Source of the DNA: a virus
IMG/VR virus record: IMGVR_UViG_3300032236_001727
Span: 1-64,000 of that record
DNA length: 64,000 nucleotides
Direction: 5' to 3' (one strand)
Below are positions 44,223-53,532 of this stretch, piece by piece. A program made the translations under genes and the position numbers. Below the pieces are notes generated by a model, which made no database searches, was not told where the DNA came from, and worked only from the letters and a program-made list of their open reading frames with translations. How positions within the stretch are numbered: the first letter of the stretch is position 1; every line of letters starts with the position of its first letter.

Positions 44223-45656
44223 TTAATAGACTAGAGCATGATTTAAAACTCTAGGTTCAAGATCTGTGTCTCTAAGAAATTCATATTTTTCACGAGGTTC
44301 CCAAGTTGAAAATAATTCATCTAGACCTTCTATAATTTTTCCAGCCATTTTTTCAGATGTAAACCCTGCTTCATCTCCAGTAGCCCATTCTTTACCTTTT
44401 AAACCATTTTGTTTTCTTTTTTCTGGTCCCATATGATACAGTACTGATATTTTGCTAGCAGCATCTTCAAAACTACATCTATCATCAAATATATAAGGTG
44501 TTGGAACAGAACCAACTAAAGATATGTTAGATGGAAATACAGGTAATGCCCATTCACCACATTCTTTAAAAGTTGCTCTATGATTAGAAGGTATCTTATC
44601 AGATGGAGTATACCATTTTCCTTCATTATCTACAAATCTCATTTGATCTTGCATTCCACCAGTAACGTTAGCTATAAATGGTGTTCCAGTTAATAGAGCT
44701 TCAGTTAATGATAATCCCCATCCTTCATTAGAAGATAATAATATAACTCCATCAGCCATATTATATAAATAATTCATATGAATATGATCAAACTTTTGAT
44801 TAGTGATGATTATATTAGAATCATTATTTGGGAAAAAATATTCTATATTTGCTGGTAGATCTGTTCCGTTATCGTCTATAGCATCAGTGTGGAGTACAAA
44901 AGCACATTTTTCAGATTGTTCTTTAGGTAAATTATCTTTAAATACTTTCCATGCTAATATAGTATCTTGAATACTTTTACGTCTAATGTTTCTTGAGTTA
45001 AATAATAAGACAAAATCATATTCTTTTTTTAGTATATGACTCTTAAATTTTGTAAAGTCTTCATTATTATTTTCTAGTGGGAAAAAGTTCTTATGATTTA
45101 AACCATGAGGAACATATTTTATAATCTTACTGTCTGCTTTTTTCCCTAATACTAGTTTATTAATATTAACAGTTTGTTTAGATATACCTAACAATAGATC
45201 ACAACTTTCATAAAATTCTCTATTGTATGCTGGTGCTGGGTAGTCGTCCCATATTTCCAAATATACTATTGGGATACTTTTTCTTATTTCATTTTCCATT
45301 TGGAAAACCCATACAAAATATCTTGGATCAGTTATTAAGAATATAGCATCTGGTTTTTCAAAAGCTATTAATTGTCTTAACAAATCAGGGCTACCATAAC
45401 CATCTGAAGGATATAAAAAGATAGAAGCATCATTTATGTCAGCATGCTTATTAGCATCTTGACTTATGTCTATTTTTTTCCCTTTATCAGGATGATTAAT
45501 AGCTCCTGCAATACATGCATAATTGTAGCGATGAGCTGTATTTAGCACCATCTCTCTAGCAATGTGAGCAATTCCGGATGATACTCTAATATCGTCACAG
45601 ATTAATAATATTTTTTTTCTTTGATTTTGAGGGACATACCCTGCTTTGTTGTTCAT
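44223..45656 (-). CDS. GT-B (family 4-like) glycosyltransferase
   Basis: SGIA, VPHG, RNIRRK, EGWGLSLTEA, TGGMQDQ. Confidence 0.9.
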   Translation of the reverse strand: MNNKAGYVPQNQRKKILLICDDIRVSSGIAHIAREMVLNTAHRYNYACIAGAINHPDKGKKIDISQDANKHADINDASIFLYPSDGYGSPDLLRQLIAFEKPDAIFLITDPRYFVWVFQMENEIRKSIPIVYLEIWDDYPAPAYNREFYESCDLLLGISKQTVNINKLVLGKKADSKIIKYVPHGLNHKNFFPLENNNEDFTKFKSHILKKEYDFVLLFNSRNIRRKSIQDTILAWKVFKDNLPKEQSEKCAFVLHTDAIDDNGTDLPANIEYFFPNNDSNIIITNQKFDHIHMNYLYNMADGVILLSSNEGWGLSLTEALLTGTPFIANVTGGMQDQMRFVDNEGKWYTPSDKIPSNHRATFKECGEWALPVFPSNISLVGSVPTPYIFDDRCSFEDAASKISVLYHMGPEKRKQNGLKGKEWATGDEAGFTSEKMAGKIIEGLDELFSTWEPREKYEFLRDTDLEPRVLNHALVY

Positions 45657-45705
45657 AGCTTTTATTTAATGATAATATAACTAATTATTTTGGCAATACC
45701 AAATT

Positions 45706-45969
45706 TTATTCTTCTTTATTTGGTATACTTTTAGGTACTTGTAAATTTTGTATTCTTTTTCTAAATTCTATATCAGTATTAAAAAGATACATACAGTGTT
45801 CAGTTAATCGTTGAAGTGAGAACTTATATTTGATAGAATTAATTTTAAATTCTTCAAATAATGTACTATCTACTTTTACAGATGTTAATTGTTGATTTTC
45901 TTTTCCCATAATATTTGTTTTATATATAAATATATGTAAAAAATAGAAAATACAATTATTCACTATCAA
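45706..45969 (-). CDS. Small ribbon-helix-helix-like DNA-binding protein; start probably MGKEN
   Basis: LTSVKVD..LFEEFK...SLQRL. Confidence 0.6.
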   Translation of the reverse strand: MIVNNCIFYFLHIFIYKTNIMGKENQQLTSVKVDSTLFEEFKINSIKYKFSLQRLTEHCMYLFNTDIEFRKRIQNLQVPKSIPNKEE

Positions 45970-46900
45970 AAGTAGCAGAACATAAGCTTTTTTTATAAAA
46001 AGGACACCATTTACAATTTTTGTTTAATACAGGTTTATGTTCTGTTTTTTTATACCCATTTTCATCAAAAGCTGTTTCTATAAAATTGTTCAAAACTTCT
46101 ACAGCTTTATTTGTTTTTATTTTTCCTGAAGCGGGTTGGAATTCTTGTATGCGAGAGGTAGGGAAATCAGATTTTTCAGGTAATTTACGTTTAAGAATGA
46201 AAAAATTAATTTTAATTTTATCAATAGGAACATTAAATTGATGTGAAAAGAAATGTTTATATAATATTAATTGAAATTGTTTATTTTCATCTTTTTTATC
46301 ATTATCATACCAACCACGAGTACTAGTTTTAAAATCTATAATTAAAAATTCATTAGTTGGTTCATGGTATAAAACTATATCTAAATATCCTTGGTAAATT
46401 ACATTACTAAGTAAATAATGAGGATTAAGAGTAAGAGGTACTTCACAACCTACTAATACCCATCCTTTTTTACTAAAATAAGATGAACGTTTCTTTTTAA
46501 AATATTCAAGTATATTTACTCCGTCTTCATAAAATTCACTTAATTCTGTAGAATTACTAAAGTGTTGCTTATTATTTTTATTATACTGTTCTTTATATTC
46601 ATTCTGGAGAGCTTCTTTGAATATTTGTATTATATCTTCTCTGTCAGCTGCTGCTCCACTTTGTTCATAAAAAACACTTAAATAATGTTGGATAGCTTTA
46701 TGAAGAGCACTTCCAAAAATAGTATGAATACTCGAAGTAAATTGTTTATACCCCTCCACATATTGTAGAGACCACTTTTTAGGACATTCATTAAACATAG
46801 ACATTTGAGAATATGATATTAATTTTTGGGTACTCCAATTAATATCTTGTTTAGGAAAGTTCCTAATATTCTTAACGATTTGTGGAAGGGTATTACTCAA
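45956..46900 (-). CDS. PD-(D/E)XK RecB/Cas4-like exonuclease
   Basis: SYSQ...CP, FGSALH, GYLD, IIDFKT, QL.LY, C.WCPF....C. Confidence 0.9.
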   Translation of the reverse strand: MSNTLPQIVKNIRNFPKQDINWSTQKLISYSQMSMFNECPKKWSLQYVEGYKQFTSSIHTIFGSALHKAIQHYLSVFYEQSGAAADREDIIQIFKEALQNEYKEQYNKNNKQHFSNSTELSEFYEDGVNILEYFKKKRSSYFSKKGWVLVGCEVPLTLNPHYLLSNVIYQGYLDIVLYHEPTNEFLIIDFKTSTRGWYDNDKKDENKQFQLILYKHFFSHQFNVPIDKIKINFFILKRKLPEKSDFPTSRIQEFQPASGKIKTNKAVEVLNNFIETAFDENGYKKTEHKPVLNKNCKWCPFYKKSLCSATFDSE

Positions 46901-46901
46901 T

Positions 46902-47120
46902 TTATTTTTTTAAAGTTGTTTTAAGCTTTTCCAAGTATAAGATACCATCCATCAATTCATCTTGAGCATGTGATATCCAAGCTTGAGGATGTAAATCTTC
47001 TCTATCTAAAGTAGTATTATACTTCTTTTCACCGTTTTCAGCACGCTCAATAAATTTATTAATTATTGAGTCTACTATACTATCTGGAGTGTATTCTGTG
47101 TATATTACTTTTTTACTCAT
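46902..47120 (-). CDS. Small MazG-like/all-alpha NTP pyrophosphohydrolase-like protein
   Basis: R...G..KY.TTLDR.DL....W..HAQDELMD..LY. Confidence 0.6.
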   Translation of the reverse strand: MSKKVIYTEYTPDSIVDSIINKFIERAENGEKKYNTTLDREDLHPQAWISHAQDELMDGILYLEKLKTTLKK

Positions 47121-47356
47121 ATAAGATCATTTTTATATTCTTCTCTCAGATCTACAGGCAATGTAGCTTCAAGTATCTTGTTTGTTTTAGGATCATAAAA
47201 TACTGGGATAGGAAGAAGTGAGTCTTCTTTTCCACCTACTATGAATTTAGATACTTTTCTGAGGAGAAATCCTTGTTGAAAAATTTTTTCACCTGATGGT
47301 GTTTCTACAGCTGTGGTAGATTTTAGGTCAATGTTTAGTTGCGGTTGTTGTTCCAT
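47117..47356 (-). CDS. Conserved hypothetical phage protein
   Basis: F.QG.LLRKVSKF...PIPVF motif. Confidence 0.7.
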   Translation of the reverse strand: MEQQPQLNIDLKSTTAVETPSGEKIFQQGFLLRKVSKFIVGGKEDSLLPIPVFYDPKTNKILEATLPVDLREEYKNDLI

Positions 47357-47615
47357 TTTGTTTTGTTTTTGATTTAATGTATGGGAAATATGTTTTATTG
47401 CTTTTAGGAATTAGATCACAATATATTCTATATACTTTTTCTTTATCATCAATGTTTAATCCTTGTACATAGTCTACTAATTCAAGATAATTAGGATTCA
47501 TACTTAGTAATCTATGTATCATGAATATATCAAATGTATTCCAATCCTCTTGTTTGAATTTAGATGCTGGTGGTTTGTTTTTTATAATTTCTATAGGCCA
47601 ATCAAATAGTTTCAT
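47328..47615 (-). CDS. Putative clamp loader small subunit
   Basis: FMIHRLLSM...Y..LIPK...YIK; adjacent to clamp loader large subunit. Confidence 0.65.
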   Translation of the reverse strand: MKLFDWPIEIIKNKPPASKFKQEDWNTFDIFMIHRLLSMNPNYLELVDYVQGLNIDDKEKVYRIYCDLIPKSNKTYFPYIKSKTKQNGTTTATKH

Positions 47616-48529
47616 TTTATAATTTCTGATAGTTTAGCTAAGCAGCTTGCAATAGTTATTTCTTGATCTACTCTACTTGTTGATCTATATTTATATTCTT
47701 CAATTGTTATAATAGCTTCACCTATGTTTTTAGGTGCTATTTTATCAACATTTTTGTATAAGAATTTATATAACTCGCTATAGTCAGATAAATTAGTATT
47801 AACTAATGTTTGTCGTATATTGTTAATGGATTTAGTTGTTGTTAATTCTTTTAATATTTGCTCCTTATAATCAATACCATCTAATGATACATTTTCATTT
47901 GGTTGTAATTTATTATTTAGAGTAGATTTTTGAGCCGCATTAACTATAGAGCGAATATCAGGATAGTTTTGATTAATTATTATTTTTATACTTCCTGTTT
48001 CAAATTCAACTTTTTCTTTTACTAATATATCTGATAAATGTTTAGCTGTTTCTGATTTAGTGGGAGGTTTTAGATCAAATTCTTGTAATCTGCTTCTTAG
48101 TGGTTCTATTAAACGTTCGGGAAAATTTCCTGTTAATATGAATCTAGTTTTTAAACTAAATGTTTCAATCATATTTAATAATAATACTTGAGATGCTTCT
48201 AATATATGAGTTGATTCATCTAATATTACTATCTTTAATGGTTTAAAAGTACCGGCAGCGGCAAAACCTCCCACTTTTTCTTTTATGACATCTATACTTC
48301 TATCTTCAGTAGCATTTATATAAATAAAATCACAATCAATACTGTTAACTAATATCTTAGCAAGAGTTGTTTTTCCTCTTCCAGCCTTTCCAAACAATCC
48401 AATATGGGGAATATCTTGTTTTTTAATATATTCTTCAAATTTCTGTTTTTGGACTTTATCTAGTAGTAAATCATCTAATGCTTTTGGTCTGTATTTTTCA
48501 ACCCAAAGTGTATTTTCAGTATTGCTCAT
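47612..48529 (-). CDS. Clamp loader AAA+ subunit (RFC/gp44-like)
   Basis: LWVEKYRP, G..G.GKTT, ILDE, PLRSR. Confidence 0.93.
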   Translation of the reverse strand: MSNTENTLWVEKYRPKALDDLLLDKVQKQKFEEYIKKQDIPHIGLFGKAGRGKTTLAKILVNSIDCDFIYINATEDRSIDVIKEKVGGFAAAGTFKPLKIVILDESTHILEASQVLLLNMIETFSLKTRFILTGNFPERLIEPLRSRLQEFDLKPPTKSETAKHLSDILVKEKVEFETGSIKIIINQNYPDIRSIVNAAQKSTLNNKLQPNENVSLDGIDYKEQILKELTTTKSINNIRQTLVNTNLSDYSELYKFLYKNVDKIAPKNIGEAIITIEEYKYRSTSRVDQEITIASCLAKLSEIIK

Positions 48530-48547
48530 TATTTATTTTTTTATTGA

Positions 48548-50170
48548 TTATCCAAACATACCTTCCATTCCGCTTAGGTCAGGAGTTACATTTTTATTTT
48601 CTTCAGGGAGATCTATAATACATGCTTCTGTTAATAGTATGGTTGAAGCTACAGCTGCAGCATTTTCAAGTGCAGTACGTGTTACTTTCAATGGATCAAT
48701 AATACCCGCTTCTTTCATGTTGGTTATATCATCTGTTTTCAGGTTATATCCATCCCATTTATCTCCTGCTCCTATTACTTTTCCATGTATTTGAGCATCT
48801 ATGTTATCATAACCAGCATTTGTAAGAATAGTTTCAAATGGTTTACCACAGGCATCATATACTATTTGGGCGCCTATATCGTTGATTTCTAACGTATTTC
48901 TAGCGTGAAGTAATGCAGCTCCTCCACCAGGCACGATACCCTCTTCAAGTGCGGCTTTAGTAGCATTTAGCGCATCATCTACACGATCTTTCTTCTCATT
49001 CATTTCAGTTTCATTATATCCACCAACATAAATTATGGATACACCTCCTACCATTTTAGCTAAACGTTCTTGCAATTTTTCTATTTCAAAAGGTGTTGTA
49101 GATTTTTCTACCTGTGATTGTAGTTCTCCTACTCTGTTAGCGATATCTTCTTCTTTACCTTTACCATCAATTATAGTTGTTTGATCTTTAGTAACAGTAA
49201 CAGTTGAGGCTTGACCTAACCAATCTTTGTCAAACTTTTCAAGTTTCATACCTTTATTCTTATCAAATACTTTTCCTCCTGTTAGTATAGCAATATCTTC
49301 AAGTACTAATTTTCTACGCTCACCAAAATCTGGTGCTTTAACAGCTGCTACTTTGATAACACCTCTACCTTTATTTACAATTAATGTTGCTAGAGCTTCA
49401 TGTTCAATTTCTTCAGCTATAATAAGCAATGATTTGTTTGAAGTTGATATATATTCAAGTACTGGTAGGAGTTCTTTAGCTGTAGTAAATTTATGATCAG
49501 CTATTAGTATGTATGTATCTTTTAGATAACAAGTCATACTGGTATTATCTGTGACAAAGAAATGAGATTTATATCCTCTGTCAAATTGTAAACCTTCTAC
49601 AGTTTTCAGATAAGTTTCATGTGTTTTAGAATCTTCAATATGGACAATTCCGTTATGACCTGATTTTTCTAAAGCAGTTGCTATTAGATTTCCAATTTCT
49701 ACATCATTATTAGATGAAATAGCTGCTACTTGTTTTATTTGATCTTCAGATGATATATCTTCAGCAATTTCAGTTCTTAGAGTTTCTACTATTTGTTTTA
49801 CAGCTTTATCTATTCCTCTTTTTATTTCAACAGCATTTTCACCATTGTTAAGAAATTTAAGACCAGATTTAACCATTTCACGAGCCAATAAGGTTGATGT
49901 AGTAGTTCCATCTCCTGCATGATCTGCTGTTTTAATAGAAGCTTGTTTAATAAGTTGTACTCCTAAATCTTCAATGGGATCTTGTAAAGCTACAATTCGT
50001 TTAGCTACAGATACACCATCTTTTGTAGATTGAAATACCCCATTATTGTTATATATAACATTTCTTCCATTAGGACCTAGAGTTGTTACTACAGCATCTG
50101 TTAAGGTATCTATACCTTTCATTAGTTTTTTTCGTGCTTCAGCACCAAATTCTACTTTTTGTGTTCTCAT
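48548..50170 (-). CDS. groEL: Chaperonin GroEL
   Basis: TLGPNGRNV, TKDGVSVA, GDGTTT, GLQFDRGY, EEGIVPGGG. Confidence 0.97.
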   Translation of the reverse strand: MRTQKVEFGAEARKKLMKGIDTLTDAVVTTLGPNGRNVIYNNNGVFQSTKDGVSVAKRIVALQDPIEDLGVQLIKQASIKTADHAGDGTTTSTLLAREMVKSGLKFLNNGENAVEIKRGIDKAVKQIVETLRTEIAEDISSEDQIKQVAAISSNNDVEIGNLIATALEKSGHNGIVHIEDSKTHETYLKTVEGLQFDRGYKSHFFVTDNTSMTCYLKDTYILIADHKFTTAKELLPVLEYISTSNKSLLIIAEEIEHEALATLIVNKGRGVIKVAAVKAPDFGERRKLVLEDIAILTGGKVFDKNKGMKLEKFDKDWLGQASTVTVTKDQTTIIDGKGKEEDIANRVGELQSQVEKSTTPFEIEKLQERLAKMVGGVSIIYVGGYNETEMNEKKDRVDDALNATKAALEEGIVPGGGAALLHARNTLEINDIGAQIVYDACGKPFETILTNAGYDNIDAQIHGKVIGAGDKWDGYNLKTDDITNMKEAGIIDPLKVTRTALENAAAVASTILLTEACIIDLPEENKNVTPDLSGMEGMFG

Positions 50171-50188
50171 TTTTATTATTGTTTTTTA

Positions 50189-50494
50189 TTATTTTGCTTC
50201 ATTTATTTTACCTAATATCTGATTTTCTGGACCTATGAAATATTCTTCATATTCAAATTCAAATTTGGTAAATCCCATTGCTGGTAATATTACTACATCA
50301 TCTGGTTTTAGATATGATGGTATAAGTTGGCCTGTTATAGTATAACGACCTGGTCCTACAGTTACTACTTTAGCAATAATGTTTCTGTCTTTTCCCATAT
50401 CAGGAATTATAATGTTTCCTTGAGTGGCCTCTTCTGGAGAGTAAGGGATAACGATAACAGCATCGTTTAGGGCTTCTAGTGTTTTGTTTGTCAT
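50189..50494 (-). CDS. groES: Co-chaperonin GroES
   Basis: LND.VIV...G.IIIPD...VVTVGPG; adjacent to groEL. Confidence 0.9.
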   Translation of the reverse strand: MTNKTLEALNDAVIVIPYSPEEATQGNIIIPDMGKDRNIIAKVVTVGPGRYTITGQLIPSYLKPDDVVILPAMGFTKFEFEYEEYFIGPENQILGKINEAK

Positions 50495-50820
50495 ATTTGT
50501 ATAGTGTTTATTAAATTATTTATTTGTGTTTCAATTTTTTTATATTCATCAATGTATTCTTTTATAGAAACTATTTCTGATTTTTGTATGCTGGAATGGG
50601 ATTTCAGTTTGGATATACTTAGTAAAGCGGCTCCTAATGTACTATAAAAACCTATTGTTTTTAATGTTTCTTTTCCAGATGCTTCTTTTCCTCCAAAACC
50701 ACGAGTAGAAACACCTTTTTCTACAACAGTAAAATTATAAGTATCTTTTTCAATATAGTATGGCTCTATTAAAGGGTCAACTATATTATAACTTCGAGTA
50801 TTTTCTTTTATTTGTTCCAT
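50491..50820 (-). CDS. Hypothetical protein
   Basis: 109-aa ORF. Confidence 0.65.
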   Translation of the reverse strand: MEQIKENTRSYNIVDPLIEPYYIEKDTYNFTVVEKGVSTRGFGGKEASGKETLKTIGFYSTLGAALLSISKLKSHSSIQKSEIVSIKEYIDEYKKIETQINNLINTIQI

Positions 50821-50826
50821 TTGTTT

Positions 50827-51567
50827 TTATGTTGTTGCTTTTCTTATTATATAATATTGGCTTAGTATTGTACCACTAGGATATTCACTTATAAATTCTA
50901 ATTTCATTAATCCTTGATCATTTATTTTCATACTACTTTTTGTTGCATCTTTATTGGCTTGTAGTATTAGTTTGAATATATTAGAATTAAAATATAGTTT
51001 TATATTATCTTTTTTTACATCACCTTTTATTTGATAAATGATTTTATTACCATGACTAGATTCATCACCAAATATTAATTCACATACAAGAACTTCTTCC
51101 ATATTCTTATTTGTGGTAACTATCAAATTATCTAAATCAATAGCTCCTTGAGCCTTTATCATATTATCAATATTTTCAGACTCAAGCTCTAAATCCATAT
51201 CCCATTCTGGTTCATTTACTGTACCTGTTTTAGGAATTAAAAGTGGGTCTGCTAATGGATAAACAAGTTCATAATTAGTATCTGCTATTTTAAGTTTAGA
51301 TGGGATTTTATTTACTTTTTCTATATCAATAAGTAAATCTTCTTTACATATGCTTATAAGGTTAGATAGTTTTTTAGTATCAAAAATAGCTAATTCACTA
51401 TCTACTACTTTAAAGTTATCACATGATACTTTTCCTATTACATCTCGTGTTGGAGTAGTAAAATCAACAGTTATAGTGTTATTTTTGATTATCCATTTTA
51501 CTGATTCATTTGACCCGCCTAGGTAATATTTTGATATCAGTTTATTTAGTGTGAATTTATTAATCAT
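50827..51567 (-). CDS. Putative DNA polymerase sliding clamp
   Basis: 246 aa, two-repeat beta-rich pattern, located between polymerase and clamp loader. Confidence 0.7.
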   Translation of the reverse strand: MINKFTLNKLISKYYLGGSNESVKWIIKNNTITVDFTTPTRDVIGKVSCDNFKVVDSELAIFDTKKLSNLISICKEDLLIDIEKVNKIPSKLKIADTNYELVYPLADPLLIPKTGTVNEPEWDMDLELESENIDNMIKAQGAIDLDNLIVTTNKNMEEVLVCELIFGDESSHGNKIIYQIKGDVKKDNIKLYFNSNIFKLILQANKDATKSSMKINDQGLMKLEFISEYPSGTILSQYYIIRKATT

Positions 51568-51613
51568 ATGCTTTTATTATTATAATAAAAAATTTTACAA
51601 ATACCAAATTTTT

Positions 51614-52516
51614 TTAAAAGAAATTAAAAAATTTTTCTCTATAAGGATTAAGTTCAAGAACCCAACCTAAATCGTTATATAAATTTTCAAGCTGGTTTTT
51701 CATAATAGAGTCAAACAGTCCTTCTCGATCTATATATTTTTCAACTATGTCTATTATTTGTGGGGGATCGTTATAACCATTCAACCCAACTACATCTATT
51801 TTATATGGATTGTTTTTTAGATAAGCTATCAACATTTTATCTCCAATATTGAATTCAGGATATTTATTTGATATTTTCCAATGTCTTATAAAATCATTAC
51901 TTATTATAGCTGCTTTGGTGTTTATAGGGCATTTATTTTTTAATTTTGAAAATAATTCACCAGATGAAGGTTTTCGTTCAATATACTCATTTAATTTTTT
52001 TAGTCCTGTTGGTTTTAACAATTTCATCCAGTCAATGCTGTTAAGTGACTTTTTAAAAACCATTATATCTTCATCTAATTCCTTTTTAGATTTACCAAAT
52101 AGAATATCTTTTATTAGTTTTTCTCCAAAATTTCTAAATAATGGAGGAAAATTAGATTTCATTATATCTAAACCTTTTACATCTAATTCAGATACAGGAA
52201 CTCCCTCTTTATCCACTATGTACTGTGCGTATCTTCGCTTACCAGCCCAATATAGCTTTTTAATTACATATTCAGGTTTAAGATCGAGATAATGATTTTT
52301 TGAATTAAAACATCGTAGTGCGATGGAAGATTGATATTCATTTAGTTTATCTCCTATTTCTTTTTGAAGTTTTTTTACTTCTACTATCATATCTTCATCA
52401 CTTATTTCATCATAGTTTGGGAACCTTTTTCTTAAAATAGGCTCCAAACATATTATGAGTGAATCAGTATCACTACCTAAAACATGGGTGTTTATTTCTT
52501 GAGTATTAAATTTCAT
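51614..52516 (-). CDS. Family B DNA polymerase, C-terminal part (motif C + thumb)
   Basis: GSDTDS, KRRYA and KGLDIMKS motifs. Confidence 0.9.
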   Translation of the reverse strand: MKFNTQEINTHVLGSDTDSLIICLEPILRKRFPNYDEISDEDMIVEVKKLQKEIGDKLNEYQSSIALRCFNSKNHYLDLKPEYVIKKLYWAGKRRYAQYIVDKEGVPVSELDVKGLDIMKSNFPPLFRNFGEKLIKDILFGKSKKELDEDIMVFKKSLNSIDWMKLLKPTGLKKLNEYIERKPSSGELFSKLKNKCPINTKAAIISNDFIRHWKISNKYPEFNIGDKMLIAYLKNNPYKIDVVGLNGYNDPPQIIDIVEKYIDREGLFDSIMKNQLENLYNDLGWVLELNPYREKFFNFF

Positions 52517-53463
52517 ATAAGTTGAGACAAAATATCATTTATTAGGTGAAATTGATTATAATTTATTTCTATTAATTTTATATCATTCAATATACAATAC
52601 TTTCTTTTAATTTCATCTCTTTTTTGTAGTTCTTCTAAATCTCCACTTCGTTGTTTAAAAAAACTACTTTTTTCAAAATGTTGTTTTCCTTGAAATTCAA
52701 TTACTGTGTTTGTATCTGGTAAGTAAAAATCAAATAGTAATTTTTTTTCTGTAATTGGGTTTATACATTTTTCAAATGTTTTTTCTCTAGTATAGTTTAT
52801 GCTGTTTTCTAAAAGAAAATCTTCTATTCTTTTTTCTCCTTTGGATATCTTATTATTCCCACAGCTTTCACATCCACATCCTCTATAAAAATGATTTATC
52901 ATCAATTGATAGAACTCACCATGTATTGGGCATATTATTTTCAATTTATGCTTATTAGTTCTTTCTATCTTAGGTTGATCAGGATATGTATATTTGTTGT
53001 TATGTATTTTTTTAAGTTTATTATATATATTTTCATCAGGGTTATTAGATATACGAGTTTGAGAAATTTTATCACCTCTGCAGTTTGGGCACCCATGATT
53101 GTTCAAGTGATTGTTAGGATGAATCATAAATTCTCCATGGATTGGACATATAATAGTTGATTTAATTTTAGCCCCATTATATATAAATTTAGAATAATCA
53201 TATTTTTCACCATGTATAATTTTTGCTCGTTCTATAAAATATTCTAATGGATCTTCTACACGTCCAACTCCAGCACATTTTTGACATCCGGACCCATTTA
53301 CAGAATGATCCGATGGATTACAATGAAATGGACCATGTTTTCGACATATTATTTTAATTTTAGAATTAAATCCACTATATGTCGTTTCAGAATAATCATA
53401 TATATTTCCATGTTTTTTTTGTGCTCTTTCAATAAATTGTTCAGTAGTTAATTTTTTAGACAT
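52513..53463 (-). CDS. Putative homing endonuclease (zinc-ribbon repeats + Vsr/DUF559-like nuclease) inside polB
   Basis: Three FI..A...HG..YDYS...IICxxHG.F....H..G.GC..C repeats; FDFYL...IEFQG.QH. Confidence 0.85.
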   Translation of the reverse strand: MSKKLTTEQFIERAQKKHGNIYDYSETTYSGFNSKIKIICRKHGPFHCNPSDHSVNGSGCQKCAGVGRVEDPLEYFIERAKIIHGEKYDYSKFIYNGAKIKSTIICPIHGEFMIHPNNHLNNHGCPNCRGDKISQTRISNNPDENIYNKLKKIHNNKYTYPDQPKIERTNKHKLKIICPIHGEFYQLMINHFYRGCGCESCGNNKISKGEKRIEDFLLENSINYTREKTFEKCINPITEKKLLFDFYLPDTNTVIEFQGKQHFEKSSFFKQRSGDLEELQKRDEIKRKYCILNDIKLIEINYNQFHLINDILSQLI

Positions 53464-53532
53464 TTTACTTATAATTACATTATTTAATATCCATTATAAA
53501 TATATGTAGTCCAAGTCCAGGTGTAATATACT

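Noticed and set aside
45956-46900. cas4 of a CRISPR-Cas system
   Set aside because: No other cas genes or arrays; typical stand-alone phage replication exonuclease
53464-53532. Group I intron or intein explaining the split polymerase
   Set aside because: Spacer is only 69 nt, the downstream junction overlaps ORFs, and no splicing motifs are visible
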